A stretch of DNA of 64,000 nucleotides, taken from contig NC_082726.1 in the NCBI RefSeq assembly GCF_030144855.1, forward strand, positions 38,254,001 through 38,318,000. The letters run 5' to 3'. Origin of the DNA: Hypanus sabinus (Eukaryota). The translations under genes were made by a program, and so were the position numbers. The notes beneath the pieces were generated by a model that was not told the origin of the DNA, made no database searches, and saw only the letters and a program-made list of their open reading frames with translations. This document shows, piece after piece, positions 52,860-64,000 of this stretch (positions within the stretch are counted from its first letter, which is position 1; each line of letters begins with the position of its first letter).

Positions 52860-52985
52860 AACAAGAAGATATTGACTTTGATGTTGAATACAAAACACAT
52901 TTTGCTGTTGCTCACATTCGCTGGGCAACACATGGTGTTCCTAGTTCTGTAAATGCTCATCCACAGAGGTCAGATAAAGACAGTG
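52860..52985 (+). CDS. GFPT1: GFPT1 exon 4 ([42 protein letters not shown])
   Basis: ttcttctag acceptor and gtaagt donor; 126 nt; HxRWATHG...NxHP motif of the class II glutamine amidotransferase domain. Confidence 0.97.
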
Positions 52986-53318
52986 GTAAGTGTTCTGCAA
53001 TGCAATCATACATATAAATGATGTTACTGCACCCTGCTGTGTTTCGTGTCTGTGAACTTTGCAGCAATCCACCCCACTAATACGATGAGCCAAATACTGA
53101 GACTTTGGACTTACTCCGGGCTGCTCCGGATTAGGACCTAGGGACTCATTTTGGTTCGGAGTACTGTTGCATTTGCTTACTTCTATTGTTTGCATGGCTT
53201 GTGTTTTTTATTCTCTTTCTCTGTGCATTGGGAGCTGGTCTTTTTGTTTAATTGGGCTCTTTCAGGGTTATTGCTTTGCAGCTGCCTGTAAGTAGAATAA
53301 TCTCAAGGTTATATAATT

Positions 53319-53402
53319 TATGCAACACACACAAAATGCTGGTGGAACGCAGCAGGCCAGGCAGCATCTGTAGGAAGAAGCACTGTTGACGTTTCAGGCT
53401 GA
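53319..53402 (-). mobile_element. Short Penelope-like pLTR insertion with 10-bp TSD
   Basis: TTATATAATT at 53309-18 and 53403-12 flanks caacacacacaaaatgctgg...gacgtttcaggctga. Confidence 0.8.
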
Positions 53403-53779
53403 TTATATAATTGATACATTTTTTGATAATCAATGTACTTTGAATGTAGTATCTTGAGATTCATTTGCTTGCCAGCACTTACAGAAGAAATAGAATAGAA
53501 TTCATGAAAAACTACATAATCTGACGAAGACCGACCAGCAGCAATGTACTAATGAAGCCAAACTGCGCGCAAATAGAAAATAAGACTGAGAGCATGGATT
53601 GTAAAAACTCCTTGAAAGTGAGTCTGCAGGCTGTAAAGTTGGTATTGGTGATTAAAGTTATCCACACCATCAAGAACCTGATGGTTGTAGAGTAATAACT
53701 GTTCCTGAACTGGAACATTGAATAGTTCAATATTTAAGGTCTTTGCTGTATTATAACGCAGTGTTCTTTAAATCTCAAC

Positions 53780-54150
53780 CACCCATTACATTGCAGGCAT
53801 TTAGGGCAGCAATGAAGGTCCTCTGTCTGGCAGTGTTCAGGACTTTCTTCTTTGTGTCAGTAGCTCAGTTTTCACCACTATCAGTCATGCAAGTCTGGCA
53901 GGAGACTCGGATGTAGAAGGATTCTTCATTGCTGTTTCTGTAAGTTTTGTTTTACCAATCAGGGTTGTTAACCCTGAGCTGAACCCCTGAACCTGGACGA
54001 CTGGTGGACCACTCTTGGCCTGGCCTCTACCCTTTGACCTGTTTGGCATGGGTGACCCTGCCAAGAGCCAAAGCATAAGGCCCCGACTCCAGACATTGAG
54101 TTCTTTGAAGCCTCCAAATGACGACAAAGTTCTGCTGCTCTAGGAGGGTT
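53780..54150 (-). mobile_element. Non-autonomous RTE-like element (5' UTR fused to 3' tail); second copy at 61320-61630
   Basis: Minus strand reads ttgtcgt...gggtcacccatgccaaacaggtcaaagggtagaggccag...aacaaccctg (RTE/Expander-type 5' UTR as recalled), joined to gaccttcattgctgccctaaa. Confidence 0.6.
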
Positions 54151-54469
54151 CTTTTATATGTTAAATATTTACATTAAGAAGATCTTTAAGTGCCTTGATA
54201 CCTCATGGCCAGTGTCGTTCTATTGTCTCTGATGTATTGTACCTTTGAAAGGAAGGTTGATCGTTCTTGCAACACTCTTATTGACCATAGGGACTGATTA
54301 AAACTTTACAGCATACAGTGTAGTGAAAGGACATCTCTCCAGGCTTTTGAATTAACCTTAGTGATAGTGGCAGAAGGCGTGCAACTGTCTTTGAGATGGG
54401 GAAGGGTAGGTTTGTGCTAGAGACCATCTTTGGTAACGGTTGCTAGAGGGAGAGTTTGCCCTGGAACAC

Positions 54470-54760
54470 ATAAGACCATAGGACAGTAATACATAGGAGC
54501 AGAACTGGGCCATTCGGCCCATCAAATCTGCTCCTCATGGTTGATTTATTATCCCTCTCAACCCGATTCTCCAATCTTCTCCCCTTAACTTTTGATGCCC
54601 TTACTAGTCAAGAGACGACCAACTTCAGCTTTAAATATACCTAATGACTTGGCCTCCACAGTCATCTGTGGCATTAAATTCCTCAGGTTTGCCACCTTCT
54701 GGCTAAAGAAATTCCTCCTCATCTCAGTTCTAAAGGGACGTCCTTGTACTCTGAGGCTTG
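54470..54760 (-). mobile_element. CR1 3' fragment
   Basis: cataagaccatag tail; reverse of gtggaggccaagtcattaggtatatttaaagc. Confidence 0.8.
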
Positions 54761-55559
54761 GGAATACACTGTACAGGGAGTGTGTAGCCTATGGACTGTG
54801 TTTAGGAGGGGTTGATGGAGAAAGAATATGCCTTTGAGACCATCCTTGGGGGCAGATGCTAGTTAAATTGAAAGTGTGCACATCCTGGAGAATGTCCTTG
54901 GGAATATGTGTTGGAGCAGAGGGGAAATGAAATTTGCACCCTGGAGACTATCCTGGGATGGTTGTGACAGATGCTCTGTATGTCCTAGAGAGCAATTGGA
55001 GATGGGGAAGGAGATGTATAGCATGGGGGCCATCTTTAGAAATGAGTGATAGAGGGAAATTCATCTGGAGCAAGGGTTCCCAGCCTTTTTTATGCCATGG
55101 ACTGCAGTTTGGGAACCCCTGACCTAGACACAATTGAGGAATCCAAGGTGTTCGCTCCTGAAACAATGTTTAAAGGGTTTCCTTGTGCCCTTGGCTATTT
55201 GAGCTGGGAGCCGTCCTCTAGATACAACACTCAACAAATGGGCTTGCTCCATCAGCCAGAGCCAGGGATGAGATGCATCTTAGAAATCAATTTTTTTTTT
55301 GTATCCTGGCATTGTTCCATCTTTGGTCTTTGAACAGCCATTGCTGGGATTATGTTGTTCTTATTTTAGAAAAATAGAAAGTGAGCTTGATTACAATCCA
55401 CTAAACTCTTGACTTAATGTGACAAATGTGGCCCGGCAGCCAGCTCAGTGTCAGGTATGATTAAGAAGAGCCATATCCTCCAACAAGAGCCACAGCAGCA
55501 AAAACATGCCTCTGTGTAACACCTGCAGTTTCATAACGTGCACCAGGGTGCAGCATAGA

Positions 55560-56600
55560 ACCTGATTGTAGACTCTGATACGGAGTCACCTAAGGAGTCA
55601 TTAGATGGGTGACTAAAGGCTTGGGAAAAGGTGTAGATTTTAAAGATGGTCTTAAAGGAGGAAAGTTCCCAGAGAATGAAGGAGTTAACGTATGAGGAGT
55701 ATTTGATCGCTCTGGGCCTGTACTCACTGGAGTTTAGAAGAATGGGGGGGGGTGGGGAGAGGGATTTCATTGAAGCCTATTGAATATTAAAAAGCCTTGA
55801 TAGAGTGGACGTGCAGAAGATGTTTCTAATAGTGGGATAATCTAAAACCAGAGGGCAAAGCCTCATTATAGTGGATACCTCTTTAGAACAGATATGAGGA
55901 GGAATTTCTTTAGTCGTACGGTGGTGAATCTGCGGACATTATTGTGCAGACACTGTGAAGGCCAAGTGATTGGGCATATTTAAAGTGGAAGTTGGTTCTT
56001 GATCGGTAGGCATGTCAAAGTTTACATGTGGAAGGCAGAAGAGTGGGGTTAAAATAAATCAGCTATGATTGAATGGCAGAGCAGACTCAATCGGCCAAAT
56101 GACCTAATTCTGCTCCTATGCCTTGTGGTCTTTTGGAAAGAGAGATGGAGAGGCTTCTTTAGGGAAAGAATGGTTTGTGTGGCTGCCAAAGCAGCTGCCA
56201 GTGTGCGTGCGCACTGAGTGGGGATTGTGTTAACAGCAAACCTTGGGGTGGAATGGGCATGCAGAAAGTTAGGGAATGGGTGGCGGGGGGGCCAGGGAGA
56301 AGTCGGAGCACTAAGGTGAGAATGTGATACGTAAGATATTGATTGATGGGGAGCATGAAATGAAGGATGAACGAGGCTTGATGGGAGATTGATGGCAGAG
56401 TTTACAGAGGGAGCAGCATGGCAGGGATGGGGGGAGAGGAGAGTTCAACCAGCAGAACCTTAGTTCAGTCTGGAAGTCACAGAATCGCGATGGTTTCAGT
56501 TGCAGACAGGCTGTGGCAGATGGGTGCAATGTTTCTGAGGTGAAAGCAGGAGATCCTTGTAATGAAGGTGGAGTCGGTTTGTGATGCATATTCCAAAGCT
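55560..56600. mobile_element. Ancient L2-like remnant (-) split by a CR1 3' fragment (+, 55666-56134)
   Basis: Minus FKTIFKIYTFSQAF (L2-type C-terminus); the CR1 piece is flanked by GGAAAG at 55660-5 and 56135-40. Confidence 0.6.
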
Positions 56601-57362
56601 GCCTCCCACTCAGTCTAGGGGATTCACAGAGATGGATGTAGAGAAAGGTAACCTTGTCAAGTATTTAATGTTCTTATAGTCAGGAATGGGGTTATACCCA
56701 CCGAACCTGAACTGGGAGTGTGGGAAGCTGCCAAAGAGGGAGACTACCTCTTCACTAGAAGAAATATCTTTTCAACTTGATGTGAAGGGGAGGTAATTGA
56801 TTAGGGATGCTACATTTAAAAATCATCTAGGAGCAGGAATTTAGTATAATGAAAAATAAAATATGGAAAATACCCTGGAGAGAGAGTTGTTTTGGGTTGA
56901 TAACGCTTTATCAGATTGATTTTGTATACTGTACAAACCTCCCCTACCTGTCCAGCATTTGCTTGATTGGTCTAGAGAGTTTTGTAATGCCCACATCTGG
57001 TTTCCTGGGTCCATTTCCCTCATCTGGCATCACATGCAGTAACTCGGCCCCTTTAGCCAGTGTCTCCATGACAGCTGGGACCCAGAGGAGCCCCGAAAGC
57101 TGGAGACACAGCTAACGCATTGCATGGCTGGGAATGACGCTGAGCCATGGAGAGAGCAAAGCCTGCATCGATGTCAATCAGCTTGCAAAAATATACGGAG
57201 ACACAAGGGACAGCGGGGGCTGGAATCTAGAGCAACACACAATCACTTTATTTTCTCCAGTAGGTCGAGAAGCATCTCTGCAGGGAGGGGGGAGGGGATG
57301 AGGACGGAACAGGTCCTGGTGTGGCATTTTAATGCAAACCTTCAATAGTTATTTCCCACCCT

Positions 57363-57363
<1 letters not shown>

Positions 57364-57393
<30 letters not shown>
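57364..57393. repeat. (GT)n microsatellite at the tail of a minus-strand SINE (to about 57680)
   Basis: About 15 GT units; SINE core aaacatgcaaactccacacagacagcacc follows. Confidence 0.85.
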
Positions 57394-57394
<1 letters not shown>

Positions 57395-58200
57395 GTACAG
57401 TATGTAATCAGGCCAGGTGGCCCACTGAGTCTATTCCGCATATCACCTACCCATTTACACTAATCCCATTGTATCCCTGCTACTCCTATTTTATTTCTCT
57501 CCATATTCCCACTAACTGCACCCCTTTACATTGCCCACCCCTACAGAAAAACGGTAACTTAGAGCAGCCAACTACCTGCCCACATGTGAGGTTTTGGAAC
57601 ATGGGTGGCAACTGGAATATCTGGACGAATACTCATGGACACGTGGAAAACATGCAAACTCCACACAGACAGCACCAGTAACCTCTTGTGTAATGAAGGT
57701 TGTTGTGGGGTCAACTAATATGTTTAAGGTGGTTAAACGAGAATACGTAGTGGGAAATCTAGAACATGGGGTTGAACCTTAAAATGAGGGCAAAGCTTCT
57801 TGATACTGTTTTTGAAGAATACTAATTTACACAAAGAAATCTGGAACTCTTACCCCAAAAGAAGATGAAACTGGAAGCCAGGTGTCAAATTGAGACAGGA
57901 TATTGGTTTACAGAATCTGTGTACATTTTGTCTGCTCAGTCACATTGCAAAAGCCTGCCCCCTGCTGGTGAGCCCCAGTGCCCGTGCTTTGTACAGATGG
58001 TTGCAAATTACTGCCAGCCAGCAAAGAGCAGTTTGTCAAAAACAAGACACCTTCACAATTGCATCGGCAGTTTGATATTTGTGCTTGCAAACCACCTTAA
58101 AACAGGGAGCAGGATCAAAAGCCACTTAGAGACGGTGTGGTGAGGCTCAGCCTCAGGTGGAGGTTGAAGTGCCATCAATCTAGTTAGAGACACGCACATG

Positions 58201-58326
58201 ACGAAGGGTCTCAGCCCGAAACGTCGACATCGCTTCTCCCTATTGATGCTGCCTGGCCTGCTGCGTTCCACCAGCATTTTGTGTGTGTTGCTTGAATTTC
58301 CAGCATCTGCAGATTTCCTCGTGTTT
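58201..58326 (+). mobile_element. Short Penelope-like pLTR insertion with 7-bp TSD, truncated in the hammerhead core
   Basis: GCACATG at 58194-58200 and 58327-33; the insert begins (TG)ACGAAGGGTCTCAGCCCGAAACGTC. Confidence 0.85.
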
Positions 58327-58799
58327 GCACATGCTTCTTTTCTGCTTGCTGTCACCTGCATTAATATTTGTTTGCAGTTTATCTTCACTGCCACTGTTCA
58401 AACATTATCCTTGCAAATAGAACTGTGCTTGTTTAAAAATAAGGTGACTGGAGTGCCTAGCAGGAGCACAGTAAATATGTTGTTTTAAATATTTATGACA
58501 TATGTATTATGTTATTGATGGCTGTGTTAAATTTGGTCAATGAAGACCTCTTCTGCTGGAGAAGGAAACTCTGATTTTTTTTATAAACTTATGGCATCTC
58601 TTAACACCTTGCAGACAATAAAGTTCTGTAGAAATGAGGCGGCAAATTGCATTATTTTTATTTAAAACGTAACTTATTTTTTGGAAGCAGTAAATCATGT
58701 ACAGGTTTGCTGCTGCTACGTGGATACAATGGCCTGCCAACAGCATTGCATTTTTAGGAACCTGTGGCTGCTAAAGAAAGAATGACTAATAACAGGATT

Positions 58800-59003
58800 C
58801 AGGGATGCTGGAAATCCCCCAGTGACACACACAAAATGCCGGAGGAACTCAACAGGTCAGGCAGCATCTATGGAGAGGAGTAAACAATCAACATTTGGGG
58901 ACGTGCCCTGATGAATCGTCTCGGCCCAAAACTTTGACCGTTTATTCCTCTCCATAGATGCTGGCTGAGCTGCTGGGTTCCTCTGGCATTTTGTGTGTGT
59001 TGC
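58800..59003. repeat. Fold-back pair of Penelope-like pLTR ends
   Basis: acacacacaaaatgccggaggaactc...catctatggagagg arm vs cctctccatagatgctg...gttcctctggcattttgtgtgtgt arm; CTGATGA core at the centre. Confidence 0.8.
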
Positions 59004-59499
59004 AGAAGGAATGATAACAACACATGGAATACCAGCAGTGAGTAATCCCCCACCAAAATGAACCATTTAATCCGAGGGTCTTAGGGTGCAAACTTATAGC
59101 TCTCAGACTGTAGCACCGGAAGGCAATAGTGTGGTAAAGAGGGCATACAGAGTTCTTGCCTTCCTTGTTTGGGGCACTGAACCGGATTAGACCACATTTG
59201 GAATCCTGGTCATCATGTTACAGGACGGAGGGGGATTGGCTGCACAAGAGGTTCACTGGGATGCTGGAGAGTATTAATTATAAGGAGAGGCTGGGCAAAC
59301 TGGGATTGTTTCCACTGGAGTGTCAAGAAGTTGAGGGGTAACCTGATGGAACTATGGAAAATTATGAGACTGAGCAGATGTTTATCTTCCTGAGGCAGCC
59401 ATGCCATATATTTCGAATATCCATTGCATTTGTCGTATGAGATGATGTGTTGGTAGTAATGGGCACGGTTAGACCTGTGGCTTTATCACTGGGTGCCTC

Positions 59500-59820
59500 A
59501 AAAAGGTGGTGGTGTCCATCATTAATTGACCCCCATCAGCCGGGACATGCCCTCTTCTCGTTGCCAGCATCAGGAAGGAGATACAGAAGCCTGAAGGAGC
59601 GCACATAGTGATTCAGGAACAACTTCTTCCCCTCTGCCATCCGATTTCTGAATGGACATTGAACCCATGGACACGACCTCACTATTTCTATTTTGCACTA
59701 TTTATTTAATTTAACTATTCACTTTTCTCTCTCCATTATTATGCATTGCATTGTACTGCTGCCTCAAAATTAACAAATTTCACAACATACACCAGTGATA
59801 ATAAACCTGATTCTGATTCT
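59500..59820 (+). mobile_element. Rex/Babar-like LINE 3' end
   Basis: DPHQPGHALFSLPASGRRYRSLK...FRNNFFPSAIRFLN and aataaacctgattctgattct tail; related piece at about 52080-52275. Confidence 0.75.
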
Positions 59821-61319
59821 CCTTGTAACGTGTCTGGATTTGCTGTGAATTGTTATAGAAGTTGATCTACTAATATTGTATCACACAAGGATGATTAGAA
59901 GGCAGACTGAATGGAACTTGATTTTCTGTGATCAGCCACCTTTCCAACCCGGTTTCACTTAATCTTGAGAGCAGGACAGGCAGGAAGTGTCTTGTTTAAT
60001 ATAGATGCACACAAACTCAGGGTGACAAGTACTGTCTTGCAAATAGGGTGAAAGTCACTGGAAAGGTGTTGGGTGAGGCTGATGGACTTTGCACTCTGAT
60101 GGGGGTAATCTGAAGCATTCTGTATGGAAAGGGAGATGAGTTTGGTGGTGAAATGTTTGAGGTGCTGGGGTTGTGAGCCACACAGTTTTCTGCCTTGGGG
60201 TTGAGCAGCCTTTGGCATTTTCCTTCCATAAAAATAATGTGGGCAAAGTTCCACATTGTCAAAGATATGAGCAGGCTTTCTCCCAACAGGATACTGCTCT
60301 CTTCCCACCCTGGAGACCAGTGACTGTGAAGTAAATCCTTCTCTCTGCAATGACAGTTGATTTGTAACGTGAGTCAGTGAGTGTGACTCAGGGGGAAGTG
60401 GGAGGTTTATGGAACAAGGCTTTAATCTGGAATTTGAAGGTGTTGAAATGGGGCAAGTATGTAATACCAGTGAAGCTATTTCCTCAGGCAGAGAAAATCC
60501 TGAACAACAGGATGTAAAATTCATACCAAGTGATTAGGTTATGAAAATCAATAAGCACTTCCTCACACCATGGTTAAGATCCGGAATGGTCCCAGAGAAT
60601 TGTGGATCATAGAAGACTTGACACTTATTGGGCAGTGATCCATTGTTCATGAATGATCAGAGAGAGAGGCATTGGCATGCAGATAAGTACTGTTCCTAAT
60701 AAATGGTAAAATATTAATGTTTGAAGTGAGACAAATTTCTGGGCTATTTGTCTTGTTTACATTACCAACAACTCCCCTGTGTCTTTGATTTTCTGTTGCT
60801 GGGGTGTCTTCCGCCTCTTGTGGATGGGAGGGCAGGGGTGGACGAGGTAGAAAATTGGTGGCTCTGAACTATACAGTCCTGTTCAAGCACATGTTTGATA
60901 TTTTTTAAACACTCCACACCATAATCATGCACATTATTATATCTGCAAAATTAGAAGAAAATTACATGCTGTGAACATTTTTGATCCTAATCTCCACCAG
61001 TGCTTTGGATTGTGATATTTACTAAAATTAAAAAATAAACCAGTGAACACTATTTAGCAATATGCAAATGAAAATATCCGGGAAAATTCTAGTTAAGTGA
61101 TTATCTTTGGGTGAATTGTTGTATTTTGATATTTATCAGTCATGCCCACAAAGATGAGATTATGCATACAATTTGGGGTAAATATTTGACAAAAGTGGAC
61201 TACCTTTTGCTGCGTTGGGCCTGCCTTGCATTTCTAGGCAGACTAAACCTTAATGATTGATTCCAACCCTTACGAGATTTGGATGGAACTTGAAAACCAA
61301 ATTTTGATACATGCATACT

Positions 61320-61630
61320 TGCCACTCGTTACACCGCTGGGCTTTAGGGCAGCAATGAAGGTCCTCCATCTCTTGACCACAAACAGATGTAGAAGGATTC
61401 TTCCTTGCTGTTTCTGTAACAGTTTTGTTTGACCAGTCAGTCAGGTTTGTTAGCCTTGAGCTGGATCTGGAGCTTGGAGGACAGATGGACCACTCTTAGT
61501 CTGGCCTCTACCCTTTGACCTGCTTGGCATGAGTGACCCTGCCATGAGCCAAAGCTTAAAGCCCTGACCTTAGCCAGCAGAACTGAGGAACGCAAACATC
61601 CAAACCATGATAAGGTTGTGATCCTCTTGG
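61320..61630 (-). mobile_element. Second copy of the non-autonomous RTE-like element
   Basis: High similarity to 53780-54150. Confidence 0.6.
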
Positions 61631-61759
61631 TGGAAATTTGATACATGTCGGTGTAAAATCATGTAATTTAGAAGACTCTGCGGAACATTGATCAGCTGTT
61701 TGCGCAGAGGTTTTCATTCACTATGTTCATTAACACATGTAACACATTACAACATAATA

Positions 61760-62690
61760 CGACCGTAAGACACAGGAACAAATTTAGGCAATTTGGTCCA
61801 TAAAATCTGCTCTGTCATTCAATCATAGCAGATTTATTTCCCCTCTCAGCGCCATTCTCTTGCCTTCTTCCAGTAACCTTTGACGTCCTGCCAAATCAAG
61901 AACCTATCAACCTGTGCTTTAAATATACCCAATGACTTGGCCTCCACAACCATCAGTGGCAATACATTCCACAGATTCTGTATCCTTTGGCTACAGAAAT
62001 TCCTCTTCGTTGCTATTCTGAATGGCAGTTCTTCTATTCTGTGCTCTCGGGTCGCTGACTCTCCCACAATTGAAAATTTCTTCTGCACTTTGTCTCGGCC
62101 TTTCAATATTCAATAGATTTCAATAAGATTCTCCCTCATTCTTCTAAACTCCAATGAGTACAGGCCCAGAACCATTAAATGCTCTGCGTAAATTAACCCC
62201 TTTATTCTCGTTATCTTTCTTTGGACCCTCTCCAAAGACAGCACATCATTCCTTGGATATAGGCCCAAAGCAGCTCTCAGTACTCCAAGCATGGACTGGC
62301 TAATGTCTTAAAGGCTCAGCATTACATCCTTGCTTTTATATTCTTGAAATTAATGCTAACATTGCATTAGCTTTACTTACTACAGTCTCAACCTGCAAGT
62401 TAGCCTCTAGAGAATCCTGAACTAGGACTCCCAATCACAAACATGAGAAAATCTGCAATGGTGGAAATCCAAGCAACACACCTAAAGTGCTGGAGGAACT
62501 CAGCAGGCCAGGCAGCATCTATGGAAAAGAGTAAACAGTCGACATTTCTAGCCAGAACAATTCATCAGAGTGAAGGGTCTCAGCGCAAAACATGGACTGT
62601 TTACTCTTTTCCATAGAGGCTGCCTGGCTTGCTGAGTTCCTCCAGCATTTTGGGTGTGTTGCTAGGACTCCTAAGTCCCTTTGCACCTCT
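61760..62690 (-). mobile_element. CR1 3' fragment interrupted by a palindromic Penelope-like insertion
   Basis: LERVQRKITR...LGLYSLEFRRMRENLIEIY and RNFCSQRIQNLWNVLP remnants. Confidence 0.85.
62435..62661. mobile_element. Palindromic Penelope-derived mini-element with 13-bp TSD
   Basis: CTAGGACTC(C/C)(C/T)AA at 62422-34 and 62662-74; inverted arms of about 75-90 nt meet at degenerate hammerhead cores. Confidence 0.85.
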
Positions 62691-64000
62691 GTAAGGAGGT
62701 GCTCCCTGTAAGGAGCCCTACTTCCTAGTACCATCACTGTTTCTGACACTGCCACGTCCATTTCATTGTCTCTTTCCTTCCTCATCCCATCTCTCCCCGC
62801 AGGTTTCCTTCCTCCTGCAGCACCTTGCGTGATACGAAGAGAATGGAGAGCTGGGCGGGGGTGTTGAAGAATTTTGCTGGTTATGTTCCTTTCTGCACCA
62901 CCCCGACACTCCACTGCTGCCTATGGCTAAGCAGCTCTCAACATGCTTCTATACAGAACAGAAACAGGTCTTTCCCTGGCTATGCTTGCCTGATTTATGT
63001 ACAGTCCATACATACAGACAAGTGTTGGTGAGACGAGGGGCAGATTTTCCAGCTGCTGTGCAGTTGCAGGCACCTTCTGCCATCTGGGAGCTCAGTCCAT
63101 GATAAAATCTGAATGGTCCAGTTGAAAACCTTGGTTTAACTAAACTTTGCTGCTAGTTGGCCTCTGCTTTTTTTTAAATATGTTGCTGGGTGGCCACGTT
63201 CCCAATTTAACTGGTCGGCTTATGACTAGTTCTGAGGAAGAGAAGCCTGCCTATAACCTGGGGAAGGGGTTTCATGGGTGCCATGTACCTGATAGGACTG
63301 AGGAATGTTTGCTTGCAGAACGTTTGTAGGCAGGAAAGCATTTTTTAAAAATTTTTTTAAAGGTAGAATTTAACTGGTAGCATGTCTTGAGATGTACATG
63401 TCTTTTCATTAGGATGTGAAATGTATTCTCATTATCCCCTGCCCTCTTTCTGGTCCAATGAAGGATTTTACTGGATGATTGGAGAGATTGATTGCAAAAG
63501 GCAGTCAGACTTTTCAGAAACTGGTTTTGGTACCTTGACAAATTGTTATTAATCTATCAGGTCTTGTCCACACCTGTCAGTGGATTGGCTGGAGAGCAGT
63601 ATTTCTCCTTTTCATTCCAACTCAATTACTCAGTGCCTTCAAGCATCATTTTGTGCTGATTGTTAAAGTTAATGTAACCAAGAGAAAGCTGGGTTTTAGA
63701 GTCTCGTGAAAAGTACTTATGACTCAGCTGCCCATTGATTCTGTTACTAGTGGTTCCCTTCTGATTTCACTAAGGAATTTAGGTATAAAATATTATTAAT
63801 ATCTCACAGGAGGCCAGTCAGCATCCAGGAGCCATTTACCCAATCTTGTTATTCCTTTCTGTGCCTTGTAGCTCATCAAATGGCAACCTTGCTGTTTCTT
63901 TATCAATTTGCCTGTTTTCTATGAGGCCGAGTTGCTACCTCAGTGCTCAACCCAGCACAGATGTGAAGCGTGCAAGGAGCCGGCTGGATTTGAACCAGGG

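Noticed and set aside
59955-60524. 189-aa minus-strand ORF
   Set aside because: No recognisable domain; weak resemblance to a decayed retroelement C-terminus; antisense within a GFPT1 intron.
28005-62661. Recurrent ~40-100-nt repeats as a CRISPR-like or satellite array
   Set aside because: They are dispersed, in both orientations, have TSDs and are linked to GIY-YIG remnants: retroelement ends in a eukaryotic genome.
52986-64000. GFPT1 exon 5 (expected EFxVIHNGIITNYK)
   Set aside because: Not found by manual reading; most simply it lies beyond the window, so this is not evidence of pseudogenisation.

Overview
Vertebrate genomic DNA, most likely a cartilaginous fish such as a ray (inferred from the repeat content: HE1/V-SINE-like SINEs, esterase-ORF1 CR1 LINEs, Penelope-like fragments). 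Two host genes lie in tandem on the + strand. The first is the last three coding exons and 3' UTR of NFU1 (mitochondrial Fe-S scaffold, CxxC motif; stop at 7500). The second is the CpG-rich promoter and coding exons 1-4 of GFPT1/GFAT1 (17723-52985; exon sizes 7/108/108/126 nt), which continues past the window. Most of the rest is transposon-derived: near-full-length and nested CR1 LINEs, Rex/Babar-, L2- and RTE-derived fragments, tRNA-SINEs, Tigger/hAT/Tc1 MITEs. There is also a 197-N gap. The most notable non-coding signal is a dispersed Penelope-like (GIY-YIG) family of about 15 copies whose terminal repeat contains a minimal hammerhead ribozyme motif (CAGTC-CTGAYGA-A-GGGtctcggCCC-GAAA-CG-TH-GACTG). 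It occurs as short TSD-flanked insertions and as fold-back palindromes inside GFPT1 introns. All calls are from manual reading and recalled homologues; repeat boundaries are approximate unless a TSD or TIR is given.
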